Assembly: GCA_963798085.1 (NCBI GenBank)
Contig: CAWCRS010000008.1
Location: 352,001 to 416,000 of the forward strand
Origin: an uncultured Gemmatimonadales bacterium
Lineage (GTDB): Bacteria; Gemmatimonadota; Gemmatimonadetes; Longimicrobiales; RSA9
Direction of reading: 5' to 3'
Length of the DNA stretch: 64,000 bases
The translations under genes and the position numbers were made by a program. The notes beneath the pieces are model-generated. The model ran no database searches. It saw only the letters and a list, made by a program, of their open reading frames with translations, and had not been told where the DNA came from. Below, one piece after another: positions 36,180-46,573 of this stretch (positions are counted from its first letter, which is position 1; each line of letters starts with the position of its first letter).

Positions 36180-36866
36180 ATGAAACGCGAATGGACCGTG
36201 CTGGCTGCGGCCTTCGTGGCCGTTGCCGGGTGTCGATCGACGGGCCGCCTGGCGAACTACGAGTTCCCGGGCCGCACGCTGGCCGTGGCGTACGTCAATT
36301 CACCGGGGCCGCGCGTGCTGACCGGCCCGTACTTCCTGGACCGCGGACATGGGCATGACCCTGTGCACGCGGTACTGAAGGTGGGTGCGCGCGTGGTGAA
36401 GGAGATTCAGGCCGCGGAGGTGCGGGCGCGGCTGGACAGCGCGACGCACCAGGTGGATGTGGGCGGACGCATGGCCGATCGCACGCTGCAGCGTGCGGCG
36501 CGCTGGCTGCGCGCGCGGCCCGTGGAGCGCGAAGCCGATGCGGACTTCATCGTCGAAGTCAGGTTGCGCGACTACGGCATTGACGCCAAGGACTGGGACG
36601 CGGCGGCGCACTTCTTCGTCGACGCGGAAGTCTCGCTGATCGATGGAGGGCGCGGCACCGAGGTCTGGCACTCGCACGTGCGCGCCCGCGATCCGATTGC
36701 GCCGGCCATCTTCGGGCCCGGCACGATCGTGCGTGATGTGGTCACGGCCAGCGCACTGGGCAGTCTCGAGGTCGATGAGATTGCCTGTGCGCTCGAGCGT
36801 TTGAGCGACTTTGCGGCGGATCGCATCACGGATCGGCTGCGCGACGCACTGGCGCGCGTCCGCTAG
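36180..36866 (+). CDS. Hypothetical lipoprotein
   Basis: GGAGG SD, signal peptide with lipobox VAGC. Confidence 0.65.
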   Translation: MKREWTVLAAAFVAVAGCRSTGRLANYEFPGRTLAVAYVNSPGPRVLTGPYFLDRGHGHDPVHAVLKVGARVVKEIQAAEVRARLDSATHQVDVGGRMADRTLQRAARWLRARPVEREADADFIVEVRLRDYGIDAKDWDAAAHFFVDAEVSLIDGGRGTEVWHSHVRARDPIAPAIFGPGTIVRDVVTASALGSLEVDEIACALERLSDFAADRITDRLRDALARVR

Positions 36867-37102
36867 CAGCCGGCGCCACTGATTCTTCCCGCCGCGGCCT
36901 GCCTGTCCGGCCGCGGCGCTGGCTGCGGCCACTCCTCCGAGATGGCCGGCGGGATGCAGCTCTCGGTCTGGCGCTGTGACGCGCTGTGCAGCTACATCGC
37001 CTCAGCGGTGCGCCGCCGCGAGATCGCGGTGCCGAAAACTCTCGCGCGCGCCCGTCCAATCCCTTGTTCCATAATCCGCCACTCGAGGCCGAGAGGAATC
37101 TC

Positions 37103-38473
37103 ATGGACGCCATTCCTGTCAACTTCGTTCCCACCCCAACGAACAGTTATCGCAGTCATCGCAAGCTGATGCAGGCGACGGCCCAGCCGGGCCGGCCGAT
37201 TCTGCCCACGACGAAACCGCTGGCACCGCCCGTGCGCGGGCCACGCGCGCTCATCTGGAAGCAGGACCCGTCCGTCGCAGACATCGGCATCCGCAAGGTG
37301 TTTCTGCCCAACCTGTGCCTCGCCGGCCCGCGCGATGCGCGCATCATGAGCCAGGGGCTGCCCACCGTGAGTCCCAATGCAGACGGTGACTTCATCCAGA
37401 CGCCCGACACGGACGCTTTCAATGCAGTGCACACGTTCGCCGTGGTGCGCATGACACTGAATCTGGCGCAGCGGGCGCTGGCGGCGTTGAAGCATCCCAT
37501 GCCCTGGCAGTGGAGCACGCCGCAGGATGTTTCGCCGCTGCAGGTGTTCCCACACGGTCTGCCCGGCACCATGAACGCCTTCTATTCGCGGAATCAGCGT
37601 GCGCTCCGCTTCGGTGATTTCGACATGCCCGGCAGCAGGCCGCTGCAGCGCGTGTTCACCTGTCGCTCGTTCGACATCGTTTCGCACGAAACCGGGCACG
37701 CCATCCTGGACGGGCTCAAGCCGCAATGGCTGGACAACGGCAATCCCCCGCAGACAGGCGGCCTGCACGAGTCCTTCGGCGATCTGACTGCGATCTTCCT
37801 CACGCTCTCGCAGATGGACCAGGTGGAAGCGATCATCGCCTACACCAAGGCCGACCTCCACGCCAAGACGTTCCTGGCCGACATTGCCGAGCAGTTCGGC
37901 CTGGCGCTGGGCCGGCCCAACGGACTGCGCAACGCGGACAACGATCTGAAGCTGAGCGAAACCGGCACGGAGGTGCACGCCATCTCGCAGGTGTTCACCG
38001 GCGCTGTCTACGATGTGATGGCAGACATCTTCGATCACGAGTGCAGCATCAGCCGGGACGCCAAGGATCCGGCGCAGGTGCTCTTCGAGACCGCACGTTA
38101 TGTCTACAGCCTGCTGCTCCAGGGCATACTCGCCTCACCCGACCAGGGCGCGACCTTCGCCGACGTGGCGCGCGCCATGATCGATCACCTCACGGGCAAG
38201 GACAAGAAGCACGCGACCTATCGCGATTACATCTGGAAGCACTTCGCGGTGCGTGAGGTACTTTCCACCCAGGAGGCCAAACCGGGCATGCGCGCACCTG
38301 CTCGCCTCACCGCCGGCGTGCAGGACGCGGAAGACGCGGAACAGGATCGTCGCACATGCTGTGGCACCATGCGCCTCGGAGAATACCACGACGAGGAGAA
38401 GGCGCTGGCCGATGAAGCGAGACGATTCGCCGCCGCGCTGGGCGAGTTGCAGAGCAACGGGAACGGCCGTTAA
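37103..38473 (+). CDS. Zinc metallopeptidase, M4/M36 (thermolysin clan), no signal peptide
   Basis: NAFY, HETGH (HExxH), GGLHESFGD third ligand, EVH. Confidence 0.85.
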   Translation: MDAIPVNFVPTPTNSYRSHRKLMQATAQPGRPILPTTKPLAPPVRGPRALIWKQDPSVADIGIRKVFLPNLCLAGPRDARIMSQGLPTVSPNADGDFIQTPDTDAFNAVHTFAVVRMTLNLAQRALAALKHPMPWQWSTPQDVSPLQVFPHGLPGTMNAFYSRNQRALRFGDFDMPGSRPLQRVFTCRSFDIVSHETGHAILDGLKPQWLDNGNPPQTGGLHESFGDLTAIFLTLSQMDQVEAIIAYTKADLHAKTFLADIAEQFGLALGRPNGLRNADNDLKLSETGTEVHAISQVFTGAVYDVMADIFDHECSISRDAKDPAQVLFETARYVYSLLLQGILASPDQGATFADVARAMIDHLTGKDKKHATYRDYIWKHFAVREVLSTQEAKPGMRAPARLTAGVQDAEDAEQDRRTCCGTMRLGEYHDEEKALADEARRFAAALGELQSNGNGR

Positions 38474-38482
38474 GCTCCTGTC

Positions 38483-38779
38483 ATGAAACTGAACATTACG
38501 CAGTCGGGCGGGTTCGCCGGAATCACCGCGCCGCTGCTGGCGATCGATGGCGAGGCCCTCGACCCGGCACGCGCGCGCCAGCTGGAAGCACTCGTGCAGC
38601 AGGCGGATCTCGAGCAGCTCGCGGCGGCATCGTCGCAAACGAGGGGTGCGGACCTGTTGCACTACGCACTGGACATCGACACCCCCGAGGGCCACCGCCG
38701 CTTCCAGATCAGCGATGATGGCGGCCCGAATGCGGCCCGCTTCCACGCGTTTCTCGATCAGCTGAAGCGACTGCTCTGA
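38483..38779 (+). CDS. Emfourin-like (protealysin inhibitor) small protein
   Basis: MKLNITQSGGFAGI and GADLLHY motifs, 98 aa, directly after an M4-like protease. Confidence 0.75.
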   Translation: MKLNITQSGGFAGITAPLLAIDGEALDPARARQLEALVQQADLEQLAAASSQTRGADLLHYALDIDTPEGHRRFQISDDGGPNAARFHAFLDQLKRLL

Positions 38780-39014
38780 CTGCTAACAGCCTTACGTACA
38801 TGTGCGGACCGGTGCGCATCCGCTCGCCGGTCCGCACCTTTCGTTGTGCCCGCCCCGGCGGCCCTGTAAGTTGTGCGCGTTTCCGAGAATGACCCGACGC
38901 GGCAAACGAGGGGCTGCTACCCGGTAGCAGCAGCCCCGCACTACTGACGCGGGGGAGCTCCTGTCGAAAACCCGCTTGCGGGCGAAAAAACCGTCGTCGC
39001 TGACAGCGTTCGAG

Positions 39015-39821
39015 ATGCATCTGGAACCAGAGGCAGAAGGCATCGGACCGGACAGCTCGGAAGCAGGCGCACGACTCCTCGCCCATCTGGAGGACATCGA
39101 CAGCATCGCGGCCGCCATTGCGCGCCGTCATGCCCTCCGTCGTGAAGAGGCCGAGGAATTCACTTCCGCCGTGCATCTGAAGCTGACGCAGGATGATTGC
39201 GCCGTACTGCGCAAGTTCGAGCAGCGCGCGGCGCTGCGCACGTATCTCACCGCCGTCATCACCAACGTCTTCCGCGACTATCGCAATCAGCGCTGGGGTC
39301 GCTGGCGCAATTCCGTGGCGGCTCGCCGCAGGGGTCCGCTGGCGATGCGGCTCGAGACGCTGCTCTATCGCGACAGCTACACGCTGGCGCAGGCCGCGGA
39401 AATCCTGCGTGGAACGGAACTCAATGTGCCCGGCGATGCCGACCTCGCGCGGCTCGCTGCGATCTTGCCCGAGCGGCCCGGCACGTACGAAGTAGGCGAC
39501 AGCGCACTCGGCGGCGCCGTCGCACCGCAGGCTTCCGATGACGGTCTCTGGCTCACGGAGGCGGAGCGCGTGCAATCGGCGACCGAGCACGCGGTGGCAC
39601 GCGCTCTTGCCGCGCTGCCACATGAAGACCAGCTGATCGTGCGCATGCAGTATTTCGACAACATGACGGTAGCCGACATCGCGCGCACGCTGCACCTCGA
39701 CCAGAAGCCACTGTATCGCCGTTGTGAAGCGATCCGGCGTCAGGTACGCCGCGAGCTGGAGGCGCAGGGCCTCGGGGCGGACGTGGTGGCGAGGTATTTC
39801 GGCGACGAAGGGATGGCCTGA
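39015..39821 (+). CDS. ECF-like sigma-70 factor, paralog of 30571-31362
   Basis: EEAEEFTSAVHLKL..TYLTAVI..FRDY; shared GRWRxS..GPxAxRL insert; region 4 LPHEDQLIVRM..VADIARTLHL..LYRR. Confidence 0.82.
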   Translation: MHLEPEAEGIGPDSSEAGARLLAHLEDIDSIAAAIARRHALRREEAEEFTSAVHLKLTQDDCAVLRKFEQRAALRTYLTAVITNVFRDYRNQRWGRWRNSVAARRRGPLAMRLETLLYRDSYTLAQAAEILRGTELNVPGDADLARLAAILPERPGTYEVGDSALGGAVAPQASDDGLWLTEAERVQSATEHAVARALAALPHEDQLIVRMQYFDNMTVADIARTLHLDQKPLYRRCEAIRRQVRRELEAQGLGADVVARYFGDEGMA

Positions 39822-39822
39822 T

Positions 39823-39847
39823 GGAATTGTCACAGGCGATGGCCGTC
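39823..39847 (+). promoter_or_regulatory. Putative ECF-type promoter (GGAA-N17-CGTC)
   Basis: GGAATT..GGCCGTCC immediately after the sigma stop, upstream of the anti-sigma gene. Confidence 0.4.
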
Positions 39848-39909
39848 CAATCCCTCATGGAGTCCGCGCCGTGGGCTCCACCCGCAACCCCGGGCGCGGG
39901 AGAGGCCCT

Positions 39910-40852
39910 GTGAGCAGACCGAATAGACAGACTGTCGATCCGAATCGGCTGGCGGCTTTCCTCGACGGAACGCTGAGCGAGCTCGAACGGCAGGAGGTGA
40001 TGGCGGTCCTGGCCAGCTCGCCTGACGCCTACGAGCAGTTCGTGGAAACGGCGGCCGTGCTGAAGGACCTCGCCGCGACGCAGCCCGCGCCATCGCCTCT
40101 GCCGCGTCCGCGGCCGGTGTTCTCCAGAATGCCACGCTGGGCGCCCGTCCTGCTGGCGGCGACGCTCGCGGGCATTTTCTTCTGGGCGAGGTCGCTGCGC
40201 ACGCGGGCGGCGCCGGACACGGCCGCGCTGCTGGCGCTGGCGCCGGCACTCGGGCCCGCGAGCGGCAGTGGCAGTCTGCGTGCTCGCCTGGGCAATGACT
40301 GGGGAGCGCCGGGCTGGTCGGTGAATCGCGGTGCAGGCGACAACCTGAACCCGGATCAGCGCGCGTTCCGGCTGGGCGCGCGCGTGGCCGATCTCGAGAT
40401 CGCGGCGCGCATCGCGGATCCCGAGGCGATTCGCATTGCGGGCGCCGAGTTGCAGTCACTGGCACGCGCGGAAGTGGCCGGCTCGGTCATCGCCGAGCGC
40501 TACACAGCCATCATCGCGGGCAGCGCCTCGGCCGCTCCCGCCGCTGCGGCCGAGCGCGCCCGTGCGGCCGCGGATCTGCACAGCCTGCTGCAGAACTCAC
40601 CCTGGTTCGACCTCGGCATCTCGGATCGAGCACGCAAGGCTCGCCCTGCTCGCGGACGATCGCGTGTTCTTCGACGCGGGCGCGCCGCAGAACACGCTGC
40701 GGGCGCTGGAGAAGCAGGCGGGCAAGGCAGGTGCTAAGATAGCCCGCAATGTGCGGGCCTTCCTGGAAACGACACGCCTCGGCGGCGCCGCGGCGGAGCA
40801 CGACGCTCTGCGCGACCGCCTCGACGCCATCATCCTCGCCGCGGCGGGCTGA
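39910..40852 (+). CDS. Putative membrane-anchored anti-sigma factor; apparent +1 frameshift near 40622
   Basis: RLAAFLDGTL..ERQEV, TM helix, FRLGARVADL and WFDLGI(W)IEHA aligning with the paralog's FRAGVRFTDL and WFEIGLWAEQA. Confidence 0.6.
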
Positions 40853-43800
40853 GCGCCGCCGCACCGGCGGTTCGCTGCTGCTGCTCGCGCTGACCGCCTG
40901 TAACACAGCTGTTAGTGCGCCCACTGACGGCGCCGGCCCGCTGCTCGCGTCCGTACGGGATGCGCTCCGTGGCGACCGGCCCTTCGAGGCGATGCTCACG
41001 CCCGACTGGCTGCCCTGCGCACTCGCTCCCGATACGACACCCGGTGCTCCCGACATCCGCTGCCGCGCGCTGCCGCGGGAGCGCACGCTGACCCGTCTGA
41101 CGCACACCGCTCCGCGCATCCGCGCCGCGCTCAGCGACAGCAGTCCCGACGCACTGCGCTCGCTGGCGCTGCTCGAGAATGGCGACCGCCGGCAATGACC
41201 GGGCTACGCTGGAGCGCGCCGTCGGTCACCTCGAGGAAGCCGGCGCGGCCGGAGCAGGCCCATCGGCCGGTCTGCTGCACCAGCTCGCCATCGCGCAGGT
41301 GCTGCACGCGCACGCAGCGGAGGATGCGTTCGACCTGTTTCGCGCGCTCGACTCCATGGAGCGGGCCGCGGCCCTGGATTCAGGCGACGCAGCCATTCGC
41401 TTCGATCGCGCGCTGCTCCTGGATCATCTCGACCTCACACTCGAGGCGGCCACAGCGTGGAGCGCATACCTGACACGCGATTCGACCTCGCGCTGGGCCG
41501 CGGAAGCACGCGCCCACCGTGCGCGGCTGGACTCGCTGACATCGGCCGTGCGAGACCCCGCGCTGCAGCGCAACCCGCAGATCATCCGTGAGCAGGCAGA
41601 CTCCATGCTCGTGCGCTGGGCGCAGGCGACGCTCGCACACGACGCAGCCGGTGCCCGCGTGCTCCTGGCCGATGCGCTGGCCGCCGGCGAAAAACTGCAA
41701 GCCGCGCACGGCGACCGCAGCGTGCTGGATGCGGCGCAGGACCTGGCGGACGCGAGCGCCGCGCAGCAACGGCGCATGGCGGCCGGCCTCGCCGCATGGT
41801 CCGAGGGCCGTGCCCTCTACGGCGAGGCCAACTACGAGGCCGCCCGCCCGAACCTTGAACAGGCTGTTAGGGCGCTGGCGAACAGCAGCGCCCTTGCCGG
41901 GCCGGCCGGCCTGCTGCTGGCCGGCGTGGACTTCTACGCCGGACGCTATGCCGGCGCTGCGACCGTGCTGGACGTGCTGCGCCGCGCCCCGGATGCCACG
42001 CAGCATCTCTGGATCCGGGGCCGCGCCGAGTGGCTGGCGGGACTCATCGCGTTCAAGCAGGGCCGGCTGAACGCGGCACTCGCGCACTACGCGGCCGGCG
42101 CGGCGTTCTTCCAGCAGGCCGGCGAGACGCCCAGTCTCGCGGCCATGCTGGCGCTGCAGTCCGAGGCGAACTGGGAGTCGAGCCAGGAGCATCGCGGCAA
42201 TGCGCTGGCGGCTGCCTCCCTCGCGCAATTCCGCGCGTTTCCCATGCTTCCTGCGCGCTACAATCTGCTCGCTGTACTCAGCAACACGATGGCCGCCAGG
42301 GGATTGCCCGCCGCCGCCGTCCGCCTGAGCACGGAAGCGCTGCGCGTGGCCGCGCAGACTGGCCGACCGCAGGATGCCGTCGAAGCGCTGTCACGACTGG
42401 TGCGCGCCGAGCTGCGTGCGGGCTACGCGGACAGCGCAGCAGCGCACCTGCGCGCAGCGCGCAGCGCGCTCACCGCCGTGACTGACCGCGGCATGCACGA
42501 TCGCGTGGATGCCGAGCTGGCGCAGGCGGAGGCGGAGATGCAGCGCAACGTCGAGCCGCACCTGGCGCTGGCTGCGCTGTCGCGCGTCGTCGAACGTTTT
42601 CGCACGGAGCCGATCAGCCTGATCCCGGTGCTGCGCACGCGCGGCGAGGTGTCGCTCGGCAATGGCAATGAAGCGGGTGCGCGCGCCGATTTCGAGCGCG
42701 TGCTGGCACTGCTGCGCCAGCAGGCTGCCGATGCCCCGGACGCGGTGGATCGCGCCGCCTTGATCGAGTCCGGCAACACCGCGCTCGATGCACTGCTCGC
42801 CATCCACGTCGACCACGGCGAGGCCATGCAGGCGCTGGCGCTGCTGGAAGACACCCGTGCCGCCGCGTTCCGGCGGGACGCGGGACGCAGCATCGTCGCT
42901 TTGCATGAACCGGACCCCGCGCGTGCCGGGACCGGGTCCACGGACGCCGCGGACGCGACGCCACAGCCGCACCCGGATGAGGCCGTGCTCGAGTACGCGC
43001 TGCTGCCGGATCGGCTGCTCATCTGGGCGATCACCCGCGACAGCGTGGTGCTGCGCCAGGTGGCCCGCCCGCGCGCACTGCTGGAGGCCGCGATCCGGCG
43101 CCTGGACGTGCATCGCCGGCACGTCGAGGACTCGGCGGCGTTCACCCGGCTCGCCGCATCCCTGTACGACGCGCTCATTGCGCCCGTCGCGCCCGTGCTC
43201 GCGGGCTACCACCAGCTCGCCATCGTCGCCAATGGGGCACTGCAGCAGCTGCCCTTCGCCGCGTTGCGCAGCGCGCGCACCGGACGCTGGCTGATCGAGG
43301 ATTACGCGCTGCGCGGTGTGCCTACCGCCGGCTTCGCGCTGCAGGCGCAGTCCGATGCGAAGACAGCGCTGCGAAGCGCATTGCTGGTTGGTGATCCGGC
43401 CTTCAGCACGAGCGCCCTGCCCGATCTCGAGCCGCTGCGCGGTGCGCCGTCCGAGATCAGGCGTATCGCCAGCGACTACGCGCAAGCCGATACGCTGGTG
43501 CACGCGCAGGCCACGCGCGAGGCGCTGCTGCGCGCGCTGCCCGGCCACGACGTGCTGCACTTCGCGGGACACGCGCGCTACCGGCCGGACTCGCCCCGCC
43601 TCTCCTTCCTGGTGCTGGCGCCGTCGCCCGGCCTCTCCGATAATGGGCTGTTATACGCGCAGGACATCGGCCGCCTGGACCTGCGCGCTGTGCGGCTCGT
43701 GGTGCTCTCCGCCTGCTCCACGCTGGACGGCGGCTCGACACGCACCGCCGGCGCTGCGGCGCTGGCCCGCGCCTTCCTCGCCGCCGGCGTCCGCGGCGTC

Positions 43801-43992
43801 GTGGGCAGCCTGTGGGAGGTGCGTGATGTGCCCTCGACCGCTCTCATGATCGCGTTCCATCACTTCCTCGCGGACGGCGCGCCGCCGCCGCTCGCGCTGC
43901 AGTCTGCGCAGCGCGCAGCGCTGGCTTCGGACGATGCCGCGCTGCGTGATCCAGCCGCCTGGGCCGCGTTCCGCTTCGAGGGAGGCTGGTAA
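40848..43992 (+). CDS. TPR-CHAT (caspase-like cysteine protease) protein; N-terminal part in another frame (shift ~41178), start codon not identified
   Basis: TPR-like helices; ASLYDALIAP, LQQLPFAAL, catalytic HFAGH and VVLSAC, LARAFLAAG, SLWEV, WAAF; upstream frame has lipobox-like LLLLALTAC. Confidence 0.88.
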
Positions 43993-43995
43993 TCG

Positions 43996-44019
43996 GGAAG
44001 TTCGCGAGCCCTGGCCGTC
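43996..44019 (+). promoter_or_regulatory. Putative ECF-type promoter (GGAA-N16-CGTC)
   Basis: GGGAAG..GGCCGTCT upstream of the SD and ATG of the 44077 gene. Confidence 0.4.
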
Positions 44020-44076
44020 TATTCGGGAAACACACATTTCGCCCACACCGCGCCGCACGCGCGCAGGAGACCCTGG

Positions 44077-44925
44077 ATGGCCACCGATCTCAGCTTCTTC
44101 GGCATCTGCCTCTTCGTCTGGGAATCGAATCGCCTGCGTATCCTGTTGCCCAACGCCACCAGCCCGTCCGGCGCTACGCACCCGGACAAGACCAAACCCA
44201 ACGTGGCGAATGTGCACATGCCTCGCCTTTATCTCGAGGGTCCGAACTCCACCGTGGCCGTCAACCTGAACGGCCATCGCGTCACCATTGATGGCGGAGC
44301 GGGCAAGCCCACGCGGGGTGGCGTGGTCGAAATGATCGGCATCGGCCAGTTCGCGGAGAACATCGAGTTGCGCACCAATGCGACGGCGGGAAGGCCCTCG
44401 CTGGTGGCGGGTGAGGTCATCGTCACGGGCGGCACGCTGAGCACACGGCGCAGCGCGCCGCAGGCCACGTATCGCTTCAATCAGTCGCTGCGCAGCCACA
44501 ACTACGAGCTGACCGCGCCCTCCTGCTCGCTGCTCTGGTCACACTCGGGCACTGTCACCATCAGCGTGCACGCGGATCCGAAAGACCCCAACGGTGATCA
44601 GTACATTCTGGCGCAGGGACCCTACCGCGTGGTGATCGGCAACGTGTGCAACAACCCCATGCCAGCCACCTGGGAATGCGAGGAAGTGTCGTTTCCGCCC
44701 GGCTCCAACGTGCCGGACGAAGACTTCAAGTGGCTGTACCACATGTTCAAGCCCGCCGGCACCAGGCGCTGGAGCGATCTGCTGAAGGGGAAGGAACTGC
44801 CTGTGCCGGAAGCGATCGTGGCCCCGGCCGCCGCCGTCGCCAGCATCAGTGGCGAAGCAAGCATGGGTACGACGTCGTCGTGTTTTCCCGGTGAGTGGTG
44901 TCCGCCGAACGGACCCTGTCCGTAA
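44077..44925 (+). CDS. Hypothetical protein with Cys/Pro-rich C-terminal tail, CHAT-associated
   Basis: AGGAGA SD; 282 aa, beta-rich appearance; ends SSCFPGEWCPPNGPCP. Confidence 0.7.
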   Translation: MATDLSFFGICLFVWESNRLRILLPNATSPSGATHPDKTKPNVANVHMPRLYLEGPNSTVAVNLNGHRVTIDGGAGKPTRGGVVEMIGIGQFAENIELRTNATAGRPSLVAGEVIVTGGTLSTRRSAPQATYRFNQSLRSHNYELTAPSCSLLWSHSGTVTISVHADPKDPNGDQYILAQGPYRVVIGNVCNNPMPATWECEEVSFPPGSNVPDEDFKWLYHMFKPAGTRRWSDLLKGKELPVPEAIVAPAAAVASISGEASMGTTSSCFPGEWCPPNGPCP

Positions 44926-45011
44926 GCGGGCATTTGGCGCCGGGCCCCGCCCCGCGATCGGATTTCGCGACCGCGGAAAGCGCTGCAGCTGTGATGCCCG
45001 CCAGCCCTCAG

Positions 45012-45051
45012 CGGGAGGCAGCCCTCCCCGGGTGTTGCCTCCCGGCTTTTT
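45012..45051 (+). terminator. Intrinsic terminator closing the sigma/anti-sigma/CHAT operon
   Basis: CGGGAGGCAGC ... GTTGCCTCCCG stem followed by GCTTTTT. Confidence 0.6.
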
Positions 45052-45068
45052 CTCGACGGGCGTGCAGC

Positions 45069-46259
45069 CTACTGCGTGGGCGCGGGCTGAAACTCACCGC
45101 AGAGATTGAGCGCCACCGTCTGCAGCACGAGCTGCCTGGCGCGCTCCACGATATCATCGATCAATGGCGTGTTCGCGAACATGTTGCGCGCGCGACGACG
45201 CATCTCATCGACGCTCGGGATGTGCGGCAGCTGCATCTCCGCCAGCATGGCGGCCGCCTGTGAGCGGGCCGACACCATCCGGCTCTGCAGCTCGGGGAAG
45301 TGCGGCATGTGCGTGAGCGCTTCACGCACCTGCGAGGTGATGCGGTCGACAGGGAAGCTCTCCGCCAGCTGGTGTGCCACCTTTTCGATCGTGGCACGCC
45401 CGAGGCGATGCTCGTTGCGCACCACTTCGACCGGTGGCTCCCCGAGGTCCCACACGATGCCCAGCCAGGACAGCACCTTGAGCGTGTAGAACGTCACGTC
45501 GATTTCCCACCAGCGGAAGCCCTGCCGCGTCGAGCGCTGATACGCATGATGGTTGTTGTGCCAGCCCTCGCCCATGGTGAAGAACGCCAGCAGCCAGTTG
45601 TTGCGCGAGTCGTCGCCGGTCACGTAACGCTGCTTGCCGTAGACGTGCGCCAGCGAGTTGATCATGAAGCTGCCGTGATAGAGCAGTACCGTGCTCCAGA
45701 AGAAGCCCACGATCAGGTACGGCCAGCCACCCAGCAGGAAGATCAGCAGCGCCAGAGCGAACGGTACGACATACTGATGCCGGTCCAGCCACTGCAGCTC
45801 GGGGTACTGCGCCAGATCCTGCACCAGCGAGTAGTCCGTCTCACCGTGCCGCGGTGTGAAAATCCAGCCCACATGCGAGTACAGAAAGCCGCGATGCCGC
45901 GGCGAGTGCACATCCATTTCGGTATCAGAAAAACGATGATGATGACGGTGCTTCGCCGCCCACCACAACACGCCGCGCTGCGCCGCCGTCTGCGTCATCA
46001 CGGCGAGCACGAACTGACCGGCCCGGCTCGTCTTGAACGAGCGATGCGAGAAGTAGCGATGGAATCCCGCCGTCACCGCGATCATGCGGACGACGTAGAG
46101 CGCTACGCACAACAGCACCGCGCCCGCCGGCACGCCCGTCCAGATGGCGGCAAAGCAGGCAAGGTGCACCAGCAGGAATGGAATCGTCGCGGGGTAAATA
46201 ATGTCGTCGTGATCGTCCACTTCCGGGTCAGTGGACGGCGCGACCAGCACATCGGACAT
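45069..46259 (-). CDS. Membrane fatty acyl (delta-9-like) desaturase
   Basis: His boxes HRYFSH, HRHHH, HNNHH; INSLAH; TM segments. Confidence 0.92.
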   Translation of the reverse strand: MSDVLVAPSTDPEVDDHDDIIYPATIPFLLVHLACFAAIWTGVPAGAVLLCVALYVVRMIAVTAGFHRYFSHRSFKTSRAGQFVLAVMTQTAAQRGVLWWAAKHRHHHRFSDTEMDVHSPRHRGFLYSHVGWIFTPRHGETDYSLVQDLAQYPELQWLDRHQYVVPFALALLIFLLGGWPYLIVGFFWSTVLLYHGSFMINSLAHVYGKQRYVTGDDSRNNWLLAFFTMGEGWHNNHHAYQRSTRQGFRWWEIDVTFYTLKVLSWLGIVWDLGEPPVEVVRNEHRLGRATIEKVAHQLAESFPVDRITSQVREALTHMPHFPELQSRMVSARSQAAAMLAEMQLPHIPSVDEMRRRARNMFANTPLIDDIVERARQLVLQTVALNLCGEFQPAPTQ

Positions 46260-46573
46260 GAAGGTCCCTTTTTCGCGGGGGCGCGGTGCGCGCCAGTACA
46301 GTCGGGGGCGACGGTAACCTCGAAACCTAGCCGGCTGGCCGGCCGAACTCAAGCCGGATCGTGATTTCCGGGGCGCATTTGTCGCAAAACGCCCGGTCGG
46401 GTCGAACCACGGGCGAACAGGGTTGCGCCGCAGTCGAGCCGCGCGACGCCGGCGCACTCGCCACTGCTACCCGCCCCGCGTTATGCTGGCACCGACTCAC
46501 GCAAACGCGGAAGGGCACAGCACATGGCACTCGCACAGGCAGTCAGCGCCCGCGCTCCTGGCCGGGCAGTCTG

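Noticed and set aside
39015..44925. Type III-E CRISPR (Craspase) locus
   Set aside because: No array and no Cas7-11 or other cas gene in the window; only the protease/sigma logic is analogous.
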